DNA of 64,000 nt from Octopus sinensis (lineage: Eukaryota). Below the pieces are notes generated by a model. That model did no database searches and was not told where the DNA came from. It saw nothing but the letters and a program-made list of their open reading frames with translations. Positions 1 through 12,818 of this stretch are shown piece by piece. The DNA is taken from contig NC_043002.1 of the NCBI RefSeq assembly GCF_006345805.1, forward strand, positions 107,942,001-108,006,000, in the 5' to 3' direction. The first letter of the stretch is position 1; every line of letters starts with the position of its first letter. The translations under genes and the position numbers were made by a program.

Positions 1-1545
1 TATATTGATAATTGTGGCACATGCTGCTATAGATATATATATAGGATATATGTGTGTATATGATTTTATATATAGATATATATATATATATTCATAATTG
101 TATACATTTGTAGATATATATAATAGCGCATTTGTAGGTATAGATGTATTTATGATATATATGTATTTATTTCTGTGTTCACTGAGGTGCCATGCACCTT
201 CGTAAATGTGTATTGTGAGAGTGTATATGATATATATGATAGAATTTGAAATAGAAAGTCCTTGCTACAATATTATATATTTGAAAAAAATGAATGGAAA
301 ATGGCATTTCTGATTATTTTTCCGCTTTAATAATAAAAATGTTTATAAATTATGTGTTTATAGATCAACACCTAATAATTTATAAACTCATAATAAAATG
401 GAGAAATTGCTAGAAAAGCCATTTCTATTCATTTTTTTCAAATATATACACACACACATATATACATAATGTATATATAGTGTAATGATGGGTGGCTTTC
501 AGAATGCTTTTAAAGTGTGTTTTGTAATGCCTAGTTCATTACATATCCAGGAAGAATACCAAATCTGAAGAACAAAATCATCAAAGAATTAACAGGAATA
601 TCTTAAGTACAAAATTCTCAAGTTGCTAGATTTGATACAGTTGAAGAAATTGGTAAGTGGTATTGTAAAAAGTGGAACTTTTAAGTAATCTTGAAACAGA
701 ATACGGCTCCCACCCCAAATTAATATTTATTAAACTTTTGAAGGAATTGGAAAGAAATCAGAAACAATTACAAGCCTAGAGAATAGGGTTGTACCCCTAA
801 TATATTGTGTTTCTCAAAAATGCTTTCAATACACCATAATTTCTTTTTTCCAGAATGGAATTAAATATTAATGGAGAATCTTTGTTTCACTAACCAAATT
901 TTCTTCAAATACACAAAATTTGAGGAAACTAAAAGTTGATTCTTGAAAGGTCTGAGTAATTTCTGAACATTAACCATTTTATAAGTGTTAGAAAACTAAT
1001 AATAGATATCAATTCCTTGCTACAAATCTCCTGACAAAAGATTGCTCAGACTAAAATTGTTTTTGCATTTTTAGTATTTTTTCTACCATTTTTTTTTTTC
1101 AAATGTCAATTTTGAATGTTTCAGAAATATTTTATTAAATAACCATTTCTGAGCACCATTGGATGCTTATTGAGTTCTTTTTGGGAACTTTTTGGAGCCC
1201 ATTAGGTTTGTCTTTCTATGAACTCAATGTATCATTCAAATATCAATCTATTCAAACTTCGTAAGTATTATTCTGCTAGTGTTTCTATGCAGCATTCTGC
1301 TTACCAGTGAAGGCATGGCTGTGTGATTATTAACTTCACCGCTCTGTGACCTTCAGTTGATGTCATTGTGCTGCACTTTGGACAAGTGACTTCTACCATA
1401 GCCTAGGACCAACGAAAGCCTTTGGAAAGTATAGGAGCTTAATGTTTTTAAATAGAAAATAATTTGTATAAATGTTTTCTGGATTTTTTGTTTGTTTTTG
1501 TCTGGACAAACAACTTATTTCTTTCTGTTTGTAGAAGAAACTTAC

Positions 1546-1661
1546 CTTATAATTTGGCGTCAGCCCTTTAAACCAACCAAAACTGATACGACCAAAGAAT
1601 ACGAGGAGTGTGAAGACCAGAGCAACCAGTGAGAATAGAAACGTCGGTTGAAACGTATCCG
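1546..1661 (-). CDS. TMEM63: TMEM63 exon, last found (DTFQPTFLFSLVALVFTLLVFFGRISFGWFKGLTPNYK)
   Basis: ctgtttag acceptor and GTAAGT donor; 116 nt; final TM helix and FG.FK..S/T.NYK. The donor implies further 3' exon(s), which I did not identify. Confidence 0.93.
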
Positions 1662-3755
1662 CTAAACAGGAGAGAAAAATACAAAGAAATGAATAAATAA
1701 ATGTAGTTTTAATGAGTGATTTGAGGATTTTGAAATCCCAAAGAATTCCTCTCAACACATGGCTATGATTCTCCCCAACTACTACTACTTATTATTATTA
1801 TTATTATTATTACTATTCAGTAGTTTTATCTTTATATTGTGCTTTCACGTCACTACTGAGCGCAGCTTTGTGTGCCTTGGGTATGTACTGTGGCTTGTTG
1901 AGATGCTCTTGTGGTTACTGTATTGAAAGTGTTTTTATTATTATTATTATTATTAACCACTTCACCACATATAATCTAAACATAACATTAAATGTTTGGT
2001 TACCTAATTTCTATCAATTTTAACCAAAACCACATATTTTATACCTATTTCTTTACACTGGCAGAGGTGTGTGATTAAGAATGACGATGACGATGATGAT
2101 GATGTATAGTTCTATAAAGTCAAAGACAAAATCAGAAAGTGTAACATTCATATCTTTTCCAAAAGTTCTATGTGGGTCATAAAGTCTTTTATAATAAAAT
2201 TTCTAACAATATAATGATACTCTTTCAGTGTTGATAGCCTAAGTATCAGTTAAGCACTGGGGTTGATGTAATCAACTTACCCCAGCCCCACCCCAGAAAT
2301 CGCTGGCCTTGTGCAAAAATTTGAAACCAATATTTCAAACCAGAATTTCAAGAAATTAACCAATGGTTATTTTTTGGCTTTTATCATGGTGTTGGGAACA
2401 TAAAAAGGAATTTTGAATATAAACTTTAAGGAAGGAAGGTAGCAACTGACTAGATGAGGACACATATCCATCCAATGTAAATAATGTACAGAATTCCTCA
2501 TCTCAAAAATACAGAACAGTTTTGTAAGGAAGGATTCTGATAGAAGTAGGAAAACTTTAAAAGAAACAGTTTTGTTTCAAAGAAGCAGAAGTAATGTTAG
2601 AATGGGTTAAGTCAAGCAGTTTTAGCCTCCTCCTCCTCACCGTCAGAATGTAACCATCGTTTTTATGTCAAATATTGCCACTGGACAGTATTGATAAATT
2701 CTTCAGGGATGCTGGCTAAAAGTGCATAGCAGCCTCTTCAGCACTTGAGGTATATCTGCTTTCCATTGCTTGCAAGGGTTGGATTGCGTCAAGCTCAAAT
2801 GTCACCTTTGGCATAATTTCTGTGGCTGACCAAAGAGGACAGTGGAGCTTAAATTGAAACCAACCCATTAACTTTCAAACAACTAATTGCTACACAACAC
2901 TAATTTTTAGATGTAATAATCCTCGTTATGTTACAAAGGATGACAGTATCAAAAAGAATATAAAGTAAAATTATTAATGATAATTAGTAACAGTCTTTTC
3001 TACTCTAGGCACAAGGCCTGAAATTTTGGGGGAGGGGGGGCAGTCAATTAGATCGACTCGAGTATGCAAATGGTACTTTATTTATCGACCCCGAAAGGAT
3101 GAAAGGCAAAGTTGATTTCGGCAGAATTTGAACTCAGAATGTAATAAACTGTGCTTGCGAAGACCTGTTGAGGCAAGTGAAGTCATCGTCATGGCCAATG
3201 ACAGTATCGCCTGACTGGCACCTGTGACAGTGGCACATAAAAAGTACCATTCGAGCGTGGTCGTTGCTGGTGCCAGCTGACTGGTCCCGTGCTGGCGGCA
3301 CATAAAAAGCACCATCAAAGCATGGCCCATGCCAGTACCGCCTAATTGACCCTCATGCCAGTGGCATGTAAAATGCACCCACTACACTCTCAGAGTGGTT
3401 GGTGTTAGGAAGAGCATCCAGCTGTAGAAACATTGCCAGATTAGATTGGAACCTGGTGCAGCCTTCTGGCTCGCCAGCTCTCAGTCAAACCGTCCAACCC
3501 ATGCCAGCATGGAAAGCAGACATTAAATGACAATGATGATGACGATGAACATAAAAACAGATGAAATACTGCTAAGCATTTCACCTGGTGCAGTAACGAT
3601 TCTGCCAGCTTGCTGCCTTAAAAACAAGAATCAAAGGAAGTCCATAGGATTCGAAACTGCATTTCCTGCACACATGCCAGGTGTTCTACCATTGGAGCAG
3701 ATCACTCCTCCGCAATAATTAGTAATATTAAAGAGAGAATTATCAAAGTACTTAC

Positions 3756-3923
3756 TTAGACGTAGTGCTGTGAAGAATACTATAACAATTTGGAGTAAGA
3801 TTACAGAGACTATAACAAAGTTCACGGCTGTTGTGTGGATGTGTTTGTTGATACGAGATGGCTTGTATGCAAAATATATATTATAGCGATCAACCATGTG
3901 TTTCATGGCAAGATATATTAGAC
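3756..3923 (-). CDS. TMEM63: TMEM63 exon (LIYLAMKHMVDRYNIYFAYKPSRINKHIHTTAVNFVIVSVILLQIVIVFFTALRLT)
   Basis: tattttag acceptor and GTAAGT donor; 168 nt; KH.VDRYN.Y..Y motif. Confidence 0.97.
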
Positions 3924-4377
3924 CTAAAATAGAAAAACAATAACAAATGATAGCAACAATATATATTTCATAAGAAATTCAATATCATTTTTATATTCTC
4001 GTATATTTTCTTAATTTAATTATAACTTTTCCCCTGCTTATTTTAAAAGCAATAATCAGCTTATTGTATATAGGGTTCAGGGGCACTGCAGCTTACTAGA
4101 AACAAGTAAAAGAGGAGATAGGAAGCACCAATAAAGGAGACAGTGGTCTTATTATTCTCAGTTTTTCTAAATTTGGTTTGAGATTCCTAAAGCTGTAATA
4201 TTTGACCCTTTTCTTATATTCTGTTGAAATACATTGCCTTTGTTACAATGAATTTTGAAAATAATGAACAATTTAGTAGGAAAAAATATATAAATAATGA
4301 ATGAGTGGACATTGAACTTGTGTGTTAGATATTAAGGTAATATGACTCGCCTCAGACACAACAAAACTTTGTTATTA

Positions 4378-4880
4378 TTATTATTGAGTGAGAGAGCATT
4401 GCATGCCATCAAAGTGACACTGGGGTACAAATATATGAAGCTCAGTATACCCATCATGACTACCCGTCTGATAAGGGTACACTAGGCACATGCATCACAA
4501 TCGTGTGTGCGTGACAGGGTGATTTTGTTTTAAGATAAATAGTGCATGACCTTGCAGGTGGAGCCCAGTTAGAATTTTCTTCAGGTCAAGTAACCTATCC
4601 TGCTCAAAAGGTCCCTGAATAAGGGTTATTTAAGGATGATGAACAAAACACCCATGTTTCCAAAGGTGAATTATCCAAATCACAAAGAATTCCTCTCAAC
4701 ACATGGCTATGATTCTCTCCAACTACTTATTATTATTATTATTCAGTAGTTTTATTTTTATAACGTGCTTTCACTTCACTACTGAGCGCAGCTCTGTGTG
4801 CCTTGGGTATGTGCTGTGGTTTGTTGTGATGCTCTTATGGTTACTGTATTGAAAGTGTTTTTATTATTATTATTATTATT
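4378..4880. mobile_element. Composite repeat: unclassified element end, (TTA)n, then a non-LTR-like 3' end
   Basis: Shorter copies at about 1735-1950 and 7872-8145 share the same junction. Confidence 0.6.
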
Positions 4881-5128
4881 ATTATCATTATTATCTATAG
4901 GCTGTAGAGTGGAAGATAAATGAACATGAAATTTTGATGGAAAGTTTTAATATCATTTAAAACAGGAACTTTGTATTATAGAATCAAGGATAGCCTGAGG
5001 TGAGTTGGTAACAAAAGGGTTGATGTAAGTTTTTTTCTAAGTTTGTTTGAACAAGTTGTATTCACTAATAATGTAAGATACTATTAACATTTTAATTCCA
5101 GTAGTAAATTTCAAAAGTTATACACAAT

Positions 5129-5712
5129 AGGCGCAGGAGTGGCTGTATGGTAAGTAGCTTGGTAACCAACCACATGGTTCTGGGTTCAGTCCCACTGCGT
5201 GGCATCTTGGACAAGTGTCTTTTGCTATAGCCTCGGGCCGACCAATGCCTTGTGAGTGGATTTGGTAGATGGAAACTGAAAGAATCCTGTCATATATATA
5301 TATAGGCGCAGGAGTGGCTGTGTGGTAAGTAGCTTGCTTACCAACCACATGGTTCTGGGTTCAGTCCCACTGCGTGGCATCTTGGGCAAGTGTCTTTTGC
5401 TATAGCCCCGGGCCGACCAATGCCTTGTGAGTGGATTTGGTAGACGGAAACTGAAAGAAGCCTGTCGTATATATGTATATATATATAAGCGTGTGTGTAT
5501 ATGTTTGTGTGTCTGTGTTTGTCCCCCTAGCACTGCTTGACAACCGATGCAGGTGTGTTTACGTCCCCGTCACTTAGCGGTTCGGCAAAAGAGACCGATA
5601 GAATAAGTACTGGGCTTACAAAGAATAAGTCCTGGGGTCGAGTTGCTCGACTAAAGGCGGTGCTCCAGCATGGCTGCAGTCAAATGACTGAAACAAGTAA
5701 AAGAGTAAAAAA
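5129..5712 (+). mobile_element. Family B SINE (tRNA-like head, CORE-like ccttgggcaag segment), full copy 5304-5712 preceded by a duplicated 5' half 5129-5292
   Basis: Head aggcgcaggagtggctgtgtggtaag occurs twice; tail tgactgaaacaagtaaaagag; ends about 30 bp from a TMEM63 donor. Confidence 0.85.
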
Positions 5713-5741
5713 GAGAGAGAATATTTCGAATGAATACCTAC

Positions 5742-5847
5742 CAAATGTTGTTACCATTGGACATGGAATACTGTAAGCAATTATCACTGAAAAGATGCAC
5801 AGCATCCATGCATACTGACAACCAAATTGAAATTCCCAGATAACAGC
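5742..5847 (-). CDS. TMEM63: TMEM63 exon (AVIWEFQFGCQYAWMLCIFSVIIAYSIPCPMVTTFG)
   Basis: attccag acceptor and GTAGGT donor; 106 nt; EFQFG..YAWM.C.F motif. Confidence 0.97.
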
Positions 5848-6008
5848 CTGGAATGGAAAAGAGAATTTTGATTTAAGAAACACAACTGATTAATATTTTC
5901 ATTATACACAGATTTCTCTTTAGCCCCTACTCCACTGGTCAACCCCCGGACATTCAAGCCATAACTATTTTGTCTTATTTTTAGTGTATCTAGAACTATA
6001 TTATCAAA

Positions 6009-6503
6009 CTAGCAGTATTGCCCGGTGTTGCTCGGGTTTGTAAGGGAAATAACTATATAAGCATTTTTAGAGAGTTATAGCCAAAAATAGCAAAAAAATG
6101 CATTAAAATGGAAAAAAATGATGGTAAATTTTTTTTTAATCGTTGACTCATCGTAGACATTTTTAGAGAGTTACTTCCCTTATATAATAGCGAAAAAAAT
6201 GCATTAAAATGGAAAAAAATGATGGTAATTTTTTTTTAAATCGTTGACTCATCGTAGACATTTTTAGAGAGTTACTTCCCTTATATAATAGCGAAAAAAT
6301 GCATTAAAATGGAAAAAAATGATGGTAAATTTTTTTTTAAATCGTAGACTCATCGTAGACGTGTGCTAATACCCAGAAGGGGTCGATATGAATCACGACT
6401 ATAAGATGCCCAGTTTTGGTTAAACTGCACCGCAAAATGTGGGAGTAGTTAGGAATCTAAATCGTAGGAGACAGACACACAACTTGACTTTTATATATAA
6501 AGA
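6009..6503 (-). mobile_element. Non-autonomous Helitron
   Basis: Minus strand starts TC (after A), ends with hairpin CCCGAGCAACACCGGG then CTAG (before T); internal ~120-bp tandem unit. Confidence 0.8.
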
Positions 6504-6504
6504 T

Positions 6505-7078
6505 ATCTACGGCTGGATGCCCTTCCTAACACCAACCACTCCGAGAGTGTAGTGGATGCTCTTTATGTGCAACCAGCACAGGAGCTAGTCAGATGACCCT
6601 GGCATTGATCATGTCCGGACAGTTCTTTTTATGTGCCACCAGCACAGGAGCCAGTCAGCGGGCACTGGCATTAGCCATATTTGGATGGTGCTTTTTATGT
6701 GTCACTGGCACGGGAGCCAGTCAGATGACCCTGGCATTGATCATGTCCGGACAGTTCTTTTTATGTGCCACCGGCACAGGAGCCAGTCAGGGGGCACTGG
6801 CATTAGCCATATTTGGATGGTGCTTTTTATGTGTCACTGGCACGGAAGCCAGTCAGGTGGCCCTGACATTGATCATGTTTGGATAGTGCTTTTTACATGC
6901 CACCGGCATGGGAGTCAGTCAAGCAGACCTGGCATCAACCATGTTCAGATGGTGCTTTTTATGTGCCACCGGTATGGGAGTCAGCTAGGCAGACCTAGCA
7001 TCGACCATATTTGGATGGTGCTTTTTATGTGCCACCAGCACGGGAGCCAGTCAGGGAGCACCAGCATCAACCACATTC
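6505..7078 (-). mobile_element. Family C interspersed repeat ((GAT)n-tailed) with an internal ~62-bp VNTR
   Basis: ctacggctggatgcccttcctaac core and tandem gtgctttttatgtgccac units; other copies near 3180-3545, 16375-16945, 30360-30519, 32450-32858, 33890-34332, 39655-40040 and 62962-63395. Strand inferred from the (GAT)n tail. Confidence 0.75.
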
Positions 7079-8006
7079 ATAACAAAATATTAAGTTTGGT
7101 TGAACAACCTTTCATTGTTTTACACTTATAGACTAAAGTAATGCATTCTATGTTAGAGTCATTGACATTGACAGTAGTATTATTTTTACCAAGCTTAGAA
7201 GCATAAAAGGCAGATTAGACCTGAATAGGATTTGAACTCAAGACTGCAAAGAGATGTAACCAAAAATCACACTTTGTCCGATGCTCTACCAATCCTGCCA
7301 ATTCACTGCCCACGTCTTAACAACTCTCAGACATGACAACCTCACAACAGGGATTAAACAGGTCACACTACAATTTATTGCACACTGAGACATTTTATCA
7401 TAAAATAAAACAAAACAATTGCACAGTTCTATATTAAAGAGATGAGGAATTATGTACATTATTTACATTCGATGGATATTTGTCCTCATCTTGTTTGTTG
7501 CTAACATGTTTCAGCTGATATACCCTCCAGCCTTCTTCAAGTGTCTTGGGGAAATTTCGAACTTGGGTTCGAATGTAAATAATGTAAATAATAAAAATGT
7601 AAATAATAAAAACAATTGCACTATTTCAGTAAAGAGTTGTGGAACTTGGACATCTTGCCTTCTTGCTTCCATGCTACAGTACTCAATGTGTCCTTCATAT
7701 TTTAAGGCAGAAGAGTGTGATATGAGGGATATTTGGCTGCTATTTGTAGTGGATTGAGCAAACATGTAGAAGTTTCCTCGTTTAATTATTTCAAAGATTC
7801 TTAATTTACACAAGCTATAAATCAGTTTTTGCTTATTAATATAGAATATTAATAAGCTGGATGCCCTTCCTAACCTATCCTGCTCAAAAGGTCCCTGAAT
7901 AAGGGTTGTTTAAGGGTGATGAACAAAACACCCATGTTTCCAAAGGTGAATTATCCAAATCCCAAAGAATTCCTCTCAACACATGACTATGATTCTCCCC
8001 AACTAC

Positions 8007-8044
<38 letters not shown>

Positions 8045-8196
8045 TAGTTTTATTTTTATAGTGTGCTTTCACTTCACTACTGAGCGCAGCTCTGTGTGCC
8101 TTGGGTATGTGCTGTGGTTTGTTGAGATGCTCTTATGGTTACTGTATGTGTTTCATAAGATAATTGTTTACCTTGAATACAACAAAACCAACTCAC

Positions 8197-8359
8197 CTTA
8201 CGCACAGCAGTTTTTTCTGCTGTAGAACGAGCACACATTATACGGATTCCATAGTTGAACAGTTCGGAGAAACGCATCAACTCCAAACCAGTACCAATAA
8301 ATGCTGATGTTATCACATAATTTACAAAAAAAGCACCATTTCCAGACACAAAGATACAC
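8197..8359 (-). CDS. TMEM63: TMEM63 exon (CIFVSGNGAFFVNYVITSAFIGTGLELMRFSELFNYGIRIMCARSTAEKTAVRK)
   Basis: ttccacag acceptor and GTGAGT donor; 163 nt; GAFFVNYVI.SAFIG...EL.R signature. Confidence 0.98.
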
Positions 8360-9094
8360 CTGTGGAAAACAACAACAACATCAAGTTCATCAACAGCTCA
8401 CAACTTTTTGAAAGAATATGAATGTTATTTTCTTTTTTCATCATTTAACCAACCCTTTAGTATTCAGATTAATCTGTTAAATGTAATACATTTTTCACTT
8501 AAATTGTTTTGAATTAATCATACATTATCTTACAGCTTTGAAGTTTCAATGGTGTGATAGTTTATTCTTAGAATGTCAATGTAGGTTAGGTGTGAGGGGC
8601 CAGATATGGCCAGTTTGAATGTAAAACATGTAGGATATTTGGGCCGGATATGGCCGGCTTAAACACCAAAGGGTTAAGCAGAAGAAGAACAGCAATACTT
8701 GTGACCATGGCATCGAAGATTGGAAGGAGGAAGAAACAATGTTAGAGTAGGAAGCAGAAACCTGGTTCCTCTGGTTCAAATCTTGGTCCAAATGCTTATA
8801 GCAGTGTGGACTCTACTAAAAGCACTTGAAACTAATTGTGCAGTATGGAGAGGGGTTAGAGTTAAGCTGCATAATATGACTGGAATGTTCTTTCCATTTC
8901 TCTGTTTCTTTTCTAAACAGTTATGAATAATTATTTTACTACAAAGAACATAGAATAGAGGGGTAAAGTGGGAGACGTAGGGGTGGATCAGGAAGGAAAA
9001 CAGAACAGAAAGAAGTAGAATGATGTGGAAGGTGGAGGAGCAGTAGAGACGGGGATATAGGGATGCAAAAGGACAAAGGCTTAAGATTACTTAC

Positions 9095-9151
9095 TGCCAT
9101 CTGTAACGATGTTGTTTGTCTTTTACTGCCCATTCAAGTAAGGCTTTGACG
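9095..9151 (-). CDS. TMEM63: TMEM63 exon (VKALLEWAVKDKQHRYRWQ)
   Basis: gtttcag acceptor and GTAAGT donor; 57 nt, phase 2 to 2; bridges the flanking exons in frame. Confidence 0.92.
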
Positions 9152-9673
9152 CTGAAACAGAAGAGAAGAAAACTAATGACAAGAATACTTGGTACCGACA
9201 ACAGAAATGTGTCAAAGTGTAGAATATGGAATACAAATTCTGACTATTTTTGAGGACGTTGGAAGATGGAATTATTTGATAGCAAAGTTGCCTTTTATTG
9301 ATACATTCCCCAAACAGCAAGATAATGGAGGAACTTTTAAATGGTCATTCAACCACTTAGAAATAGCAGTTAAACCGCTGACAAACCACATCTTGCTGTC
9401 TGGAAGATGAAGGGACACATTAAGCAAGGGGTCATATATATACAAAAAAAAGATGAGGTGATCATAGTGAGAATACACAAGATCATGTGTATGTCTGATT
9501 AAAGTCAACTTGGGTGCAAAACAGCACCATGCTGAGTTATTGATTTAAATAATAACCTAAATATGGCAGTAACCAGCAATGAAGCACAATGCCGTGTGAA
9601 TAAAGTGTTTGACATGGTTGACTCATCTTTATTTAAATAGTTTATTAAAAGGACATTACAAAGCAAAATCTAT

Positions 9674-10075
9674 AGGCGCAGGAGTGGCTGTGTGGTAAGT
9701 AGCTTGCTAACCAACCACATGGTTCCGGGTTCAGTCCCACTGCATGGCATCTTGGGCAAGTGTCTTCTACTATAGCCTGGGCCGACCAATGCCTTGTGAG
9801 TGGATTTGGTAGACGGAAACTGAAAGAAGCCTGTCGTATATTTGTATATATATATATATAAGTGTGTGTGTATATGTTTGTGCGTCTGTCTGTCCCCCTA
9901 GCATTGCTTGACAACCGATGCTGGTGCGTTTACGTCCCCGTCACTTAACGGTTCGGCAAAAGAGACCGATAGAATAAGTACTGGGCTTACAAAGAATAAG
10001 TCCCGGGATCGATTTGCTCGACTAAAGGCGGTGCTCCAGCATGGCCGCAGTCAAATGACTGAAACAAGTAAAGAG
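9674..10075 (+). mobile_element. Family B SINE, full length
   Basis: High similarity to 5304-5712 and 61905-62292. Confidence 0.88.
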
Positions 10076-10259
10076 AAAGAGGAATAATAAATTATAATAA
10101 AAGTTATAAATGAGTGCTAATAGGGAAAGCATTAGATATAGACACAACACAAAAGTTAGTAAGAGATAGAAATCAAAAGAACCTGGCACAAAAACAACAC
10201 AGATAATACAAGAGGAGACAAATGCATCAAAATACAATATGACAGGTTTTTTTTTATAC

Positions 10260-10346
10260 CTTGTAAGTCCTAGAGAAGGCAATATCAGAACCATAAATAC
10301 AAGGAAGATAAAGGTTTTTCTCATCACAGCATGGTGCTCGGCACTC
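10260..10346 (-). CDS. TMEM63: TMEM63 exon (SAEHHAVMRKTFIFLVFMVLILPSLGLTS)
   Basis: gttccag acceptor and GTATAA donor; 87 nt; FMVLILPSLGLTS signature. Confidence 0.97.
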
Positions 10347-10502
10347 CTGGAACACAGAATAAAGATGTTTATTGTGAGAAAACTCAGCCAAATATAAGTC
10401 TTGTTACTCAAATAAAAGCAGTGACTCGTAGCCATTGGTAACAAGAATAGAAAGGGTAGGAAGGATAAGTGGATGATTTTGAAAATTTCAATCGCATCGA
10501 TA

Positions 10503-10708
10503 CAAAGGTGGGCAAAAGTAGGTATATTACAGCTGCATTATATGAGTGGAATGATCTTTCCATTTCTCTGTTTCTTTCCTAAACAGTTAGGAATAATTAT
10601 TTTACTACAAAGAACATAGAATTGTTATCCTAAAAAGGAAACAGAGAAACGAAAAGAATATTACACTCATATCAAGCAACTATAGCCTCCCCCTTTTGCC
10701 CACCCCTG
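10503..10708. mobile_element. Tc1/mariner-type MITE
   Basis: TA|caaaggtgggcaaaag ... cttttgcccacccctg|TA; imperfect TIRs with TA target duplication. Confidence 0.7.
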
Positions 10709-11050
10709 TATACAGAATCATCTTTTATTACAAGTTCACATAGAGAATCTTGAAAACCAAATACAAAATATACAAAACCAATTATTTTATAAAAATGAGC
10801 ATTCATAGAGAAAAGGAACCATTTTTTGTCACCAACATTGAGTATTGTTAAATTTAGTGCTAAAGGTACCTTGAGGTATTTGTAGATATTGTTTATAAGT
10901 AGAAATAATTGAGGTAATTAAATAAACAAAACAATATGTATTTTAGAACACAGCCTCCTCTTCTTACTTCCTGAACATCCAATTTCATAGTGTGAAGCAG
11001 GAGAGAGATACACCTCTCCTTAGATAAAACTCCAGTATAACACAGATGGT

Positions 11051-11357
11051 GGAGGCGCAATGGCCCAGTGGTTAGAGCAGTGGACTCGCGGTTGGAGGAT
11101 CGCGGTTTCAATTCCCAGACCGGGTGTTGTGCGTGTTTATTGAGCGAAAACACCTAAAAGCTCCATGAGGCTCCGGCAGGGGGTGGTGGTGACTCCTGTT
11201 GTACTCTTTTGCCCCAACTTTCTCTCACTCTTTCTTCCTGTTTCTCGAGTAACACTGCGATGGACTGGCGTACCGTCCAGCTGGGGGGAACACATACGTC
11301 ATAGAAACCGTGAAACTGGGCACATGAGCCTGGCTAGGCTTGAAAAGGGTGCATAAA
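11051..11357 (+). mobile_element. Family D tRNA-derived SINE (ggaggcgcaatggcccagtggttag head)
   Basis: A-box/B-box-like tRNA head; related copies at 26428-26620 (+), 31432-31834 (-), 55560-55860 (+) and 59369-59664 (-). Confidence 0.8.
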
Positions 11358-11891
11358 AAAAATAAATAAATAACACAAATGACAATGGTACTTATCTCTC
11401 TCTCTCTCTCTGCTAGTTAATCTAAGACAAAGGAAGTATTCTGCTCTGAGACACCATAAAGCCATTTTTGTACTCAACATTTATTCCACTTCTACATCAC
11501 ATTTTAAAAACTCCCCAAAATTGAGGATTTCATGTCACACACACACAAAAAAAAAAAAATTAGTATCTGAATCTTATACTATCATCATTGTTTTATCTAT
11601 GCCTGCATCAGTTGACAAGAGTTTTGTATGATTGGATGACTTTTATGTCATCATATGGGAGTCCAAGACAACCTAACAAACTATCAATTCTTCAACAATG
11701 TTGATGGCCGAGATGGTATGGCCATATAATTAAAAAGAGTGATATCTGAAGAAAGTACAGAAGATAGACAAAAGAGAAGCAATGCTGTCAGATCTCATAA
11801 ACAAGATCTTGTCTAATCCCAGGTCAGTCCTGGTTCATTAAATATTTAATCAAAATATCATTCCATCTATTTTCAGAGAGTCTATCTAAAA

Positions 11892-12146
11892 CAGTGGTTC
11901 CGAAACTTTTCCAGGATGCTGCTCCCTTGACACCCAGGCCACATTCCTAGCTCCCCCACCCCAACTAACCCTCACAAACACAGACCTCTTTCTGAAGCAA
12001 ACTCAAAGCAACTGTATTTCACAAATAAAACTTAACCTAACAAACCCATTACTTTGTTTTTACATGAATCACTACCCCCATTATAACCCCACTTTTCTTC
12101 AATGCTCCCTCGGAACTTTCCATTGCCCCCATTTTGGGAACCACTG
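11892..12146. mobile_element. hAT/Charlie-type MITE
   Basis: TIRs cagtggttccgaa / ttgggaaccactg; 8-bp TSD atctaaaa / atctagaa. Confidence 0.8.
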
Positions 12147-12314
12147 ATCTAGAACTACAATATCCAAAATGTCTTTCTAGGGCGTAATTTGAAGGATATC
12201 TGGTGATCAATTCTAACAAATTGAGTCACCACATGAAACTGAATAAAATGGTGACATGTTATGCCAGAGAAGTAGGAAGTGGATGTTTTAGAAAAAGACA
12301 AAAATACATCTTAC

Positions 12315-12421
12315 CTCGTCCAGTAGCCAATATATTGGTCTGAGTAATAGACAATTATAGGTAGAATGGCCGATAATATCCATATAAGAAACGTAGGAAC
12401 AAACTGTACCAACAACTCATT
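12315..12421 (-). CDS. TMEM63: TMEM63 exon (NELLVQFVPTFLIWILSAILPIIVYYSDQYIGYWTR)
   Basis: ttttcag acceptor and GTAAGA donor; 107 nt; QF.PT.L.W..SA.LP.IVYYS pore-lining helices. Confidence 0.97.
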
Positions 12422-12818
12422 CTGAAAATACATCACAAACATTGTCTAATTAGAGTTCATAATCGAATAAATCTCATTGGTTGAGATGATAATTAGGATA
12501 TCTATCCTCATCCTTTCATAATAAATGATCTGAGTTCAAATACAGCCTTGGGCAGTGTACACATTCAGGCGTAGAACAGCTGAACTGATTGATACATCTA
12601 AAAACACACACACACACAAACAGTTTCATAGTAAGGAAAATTGTAATTTTAATTATCGTGATAATTTAAAGGTTAGTGGTTTCAAGTTCAATCCCACTGC
12701 ATGGCACCTTTGGTAAGTGTTCTCTACTTTACCCTTGGGCCAACCAAAGCCTTGCGAGTGGATTTGCAAGTTATGGACATATAAGATGAGCAGCAGTATA
12801 ACAAGAAGGTTAATAGAG

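Noticed and set aside
1-1545. Terminal TMEM63 exon
   Set aside because: I checked minus-strand acceptors near 565, 670 and 1215. None gave a convincing TMEM63-like frame, so the exon is probably beyond the window start.
5129-5292. Duplicated SINE 5' half as a regulatory element
   Set aside because: It is simply explained as a local tandem duplication, with no evidence of function.
11051-11125. tRNA gene candidates at SINE heads (also 26428 and 55560)
   Set aside because: The cloverleaf is imperfect and continues into a repeated SINE body present in several copies.
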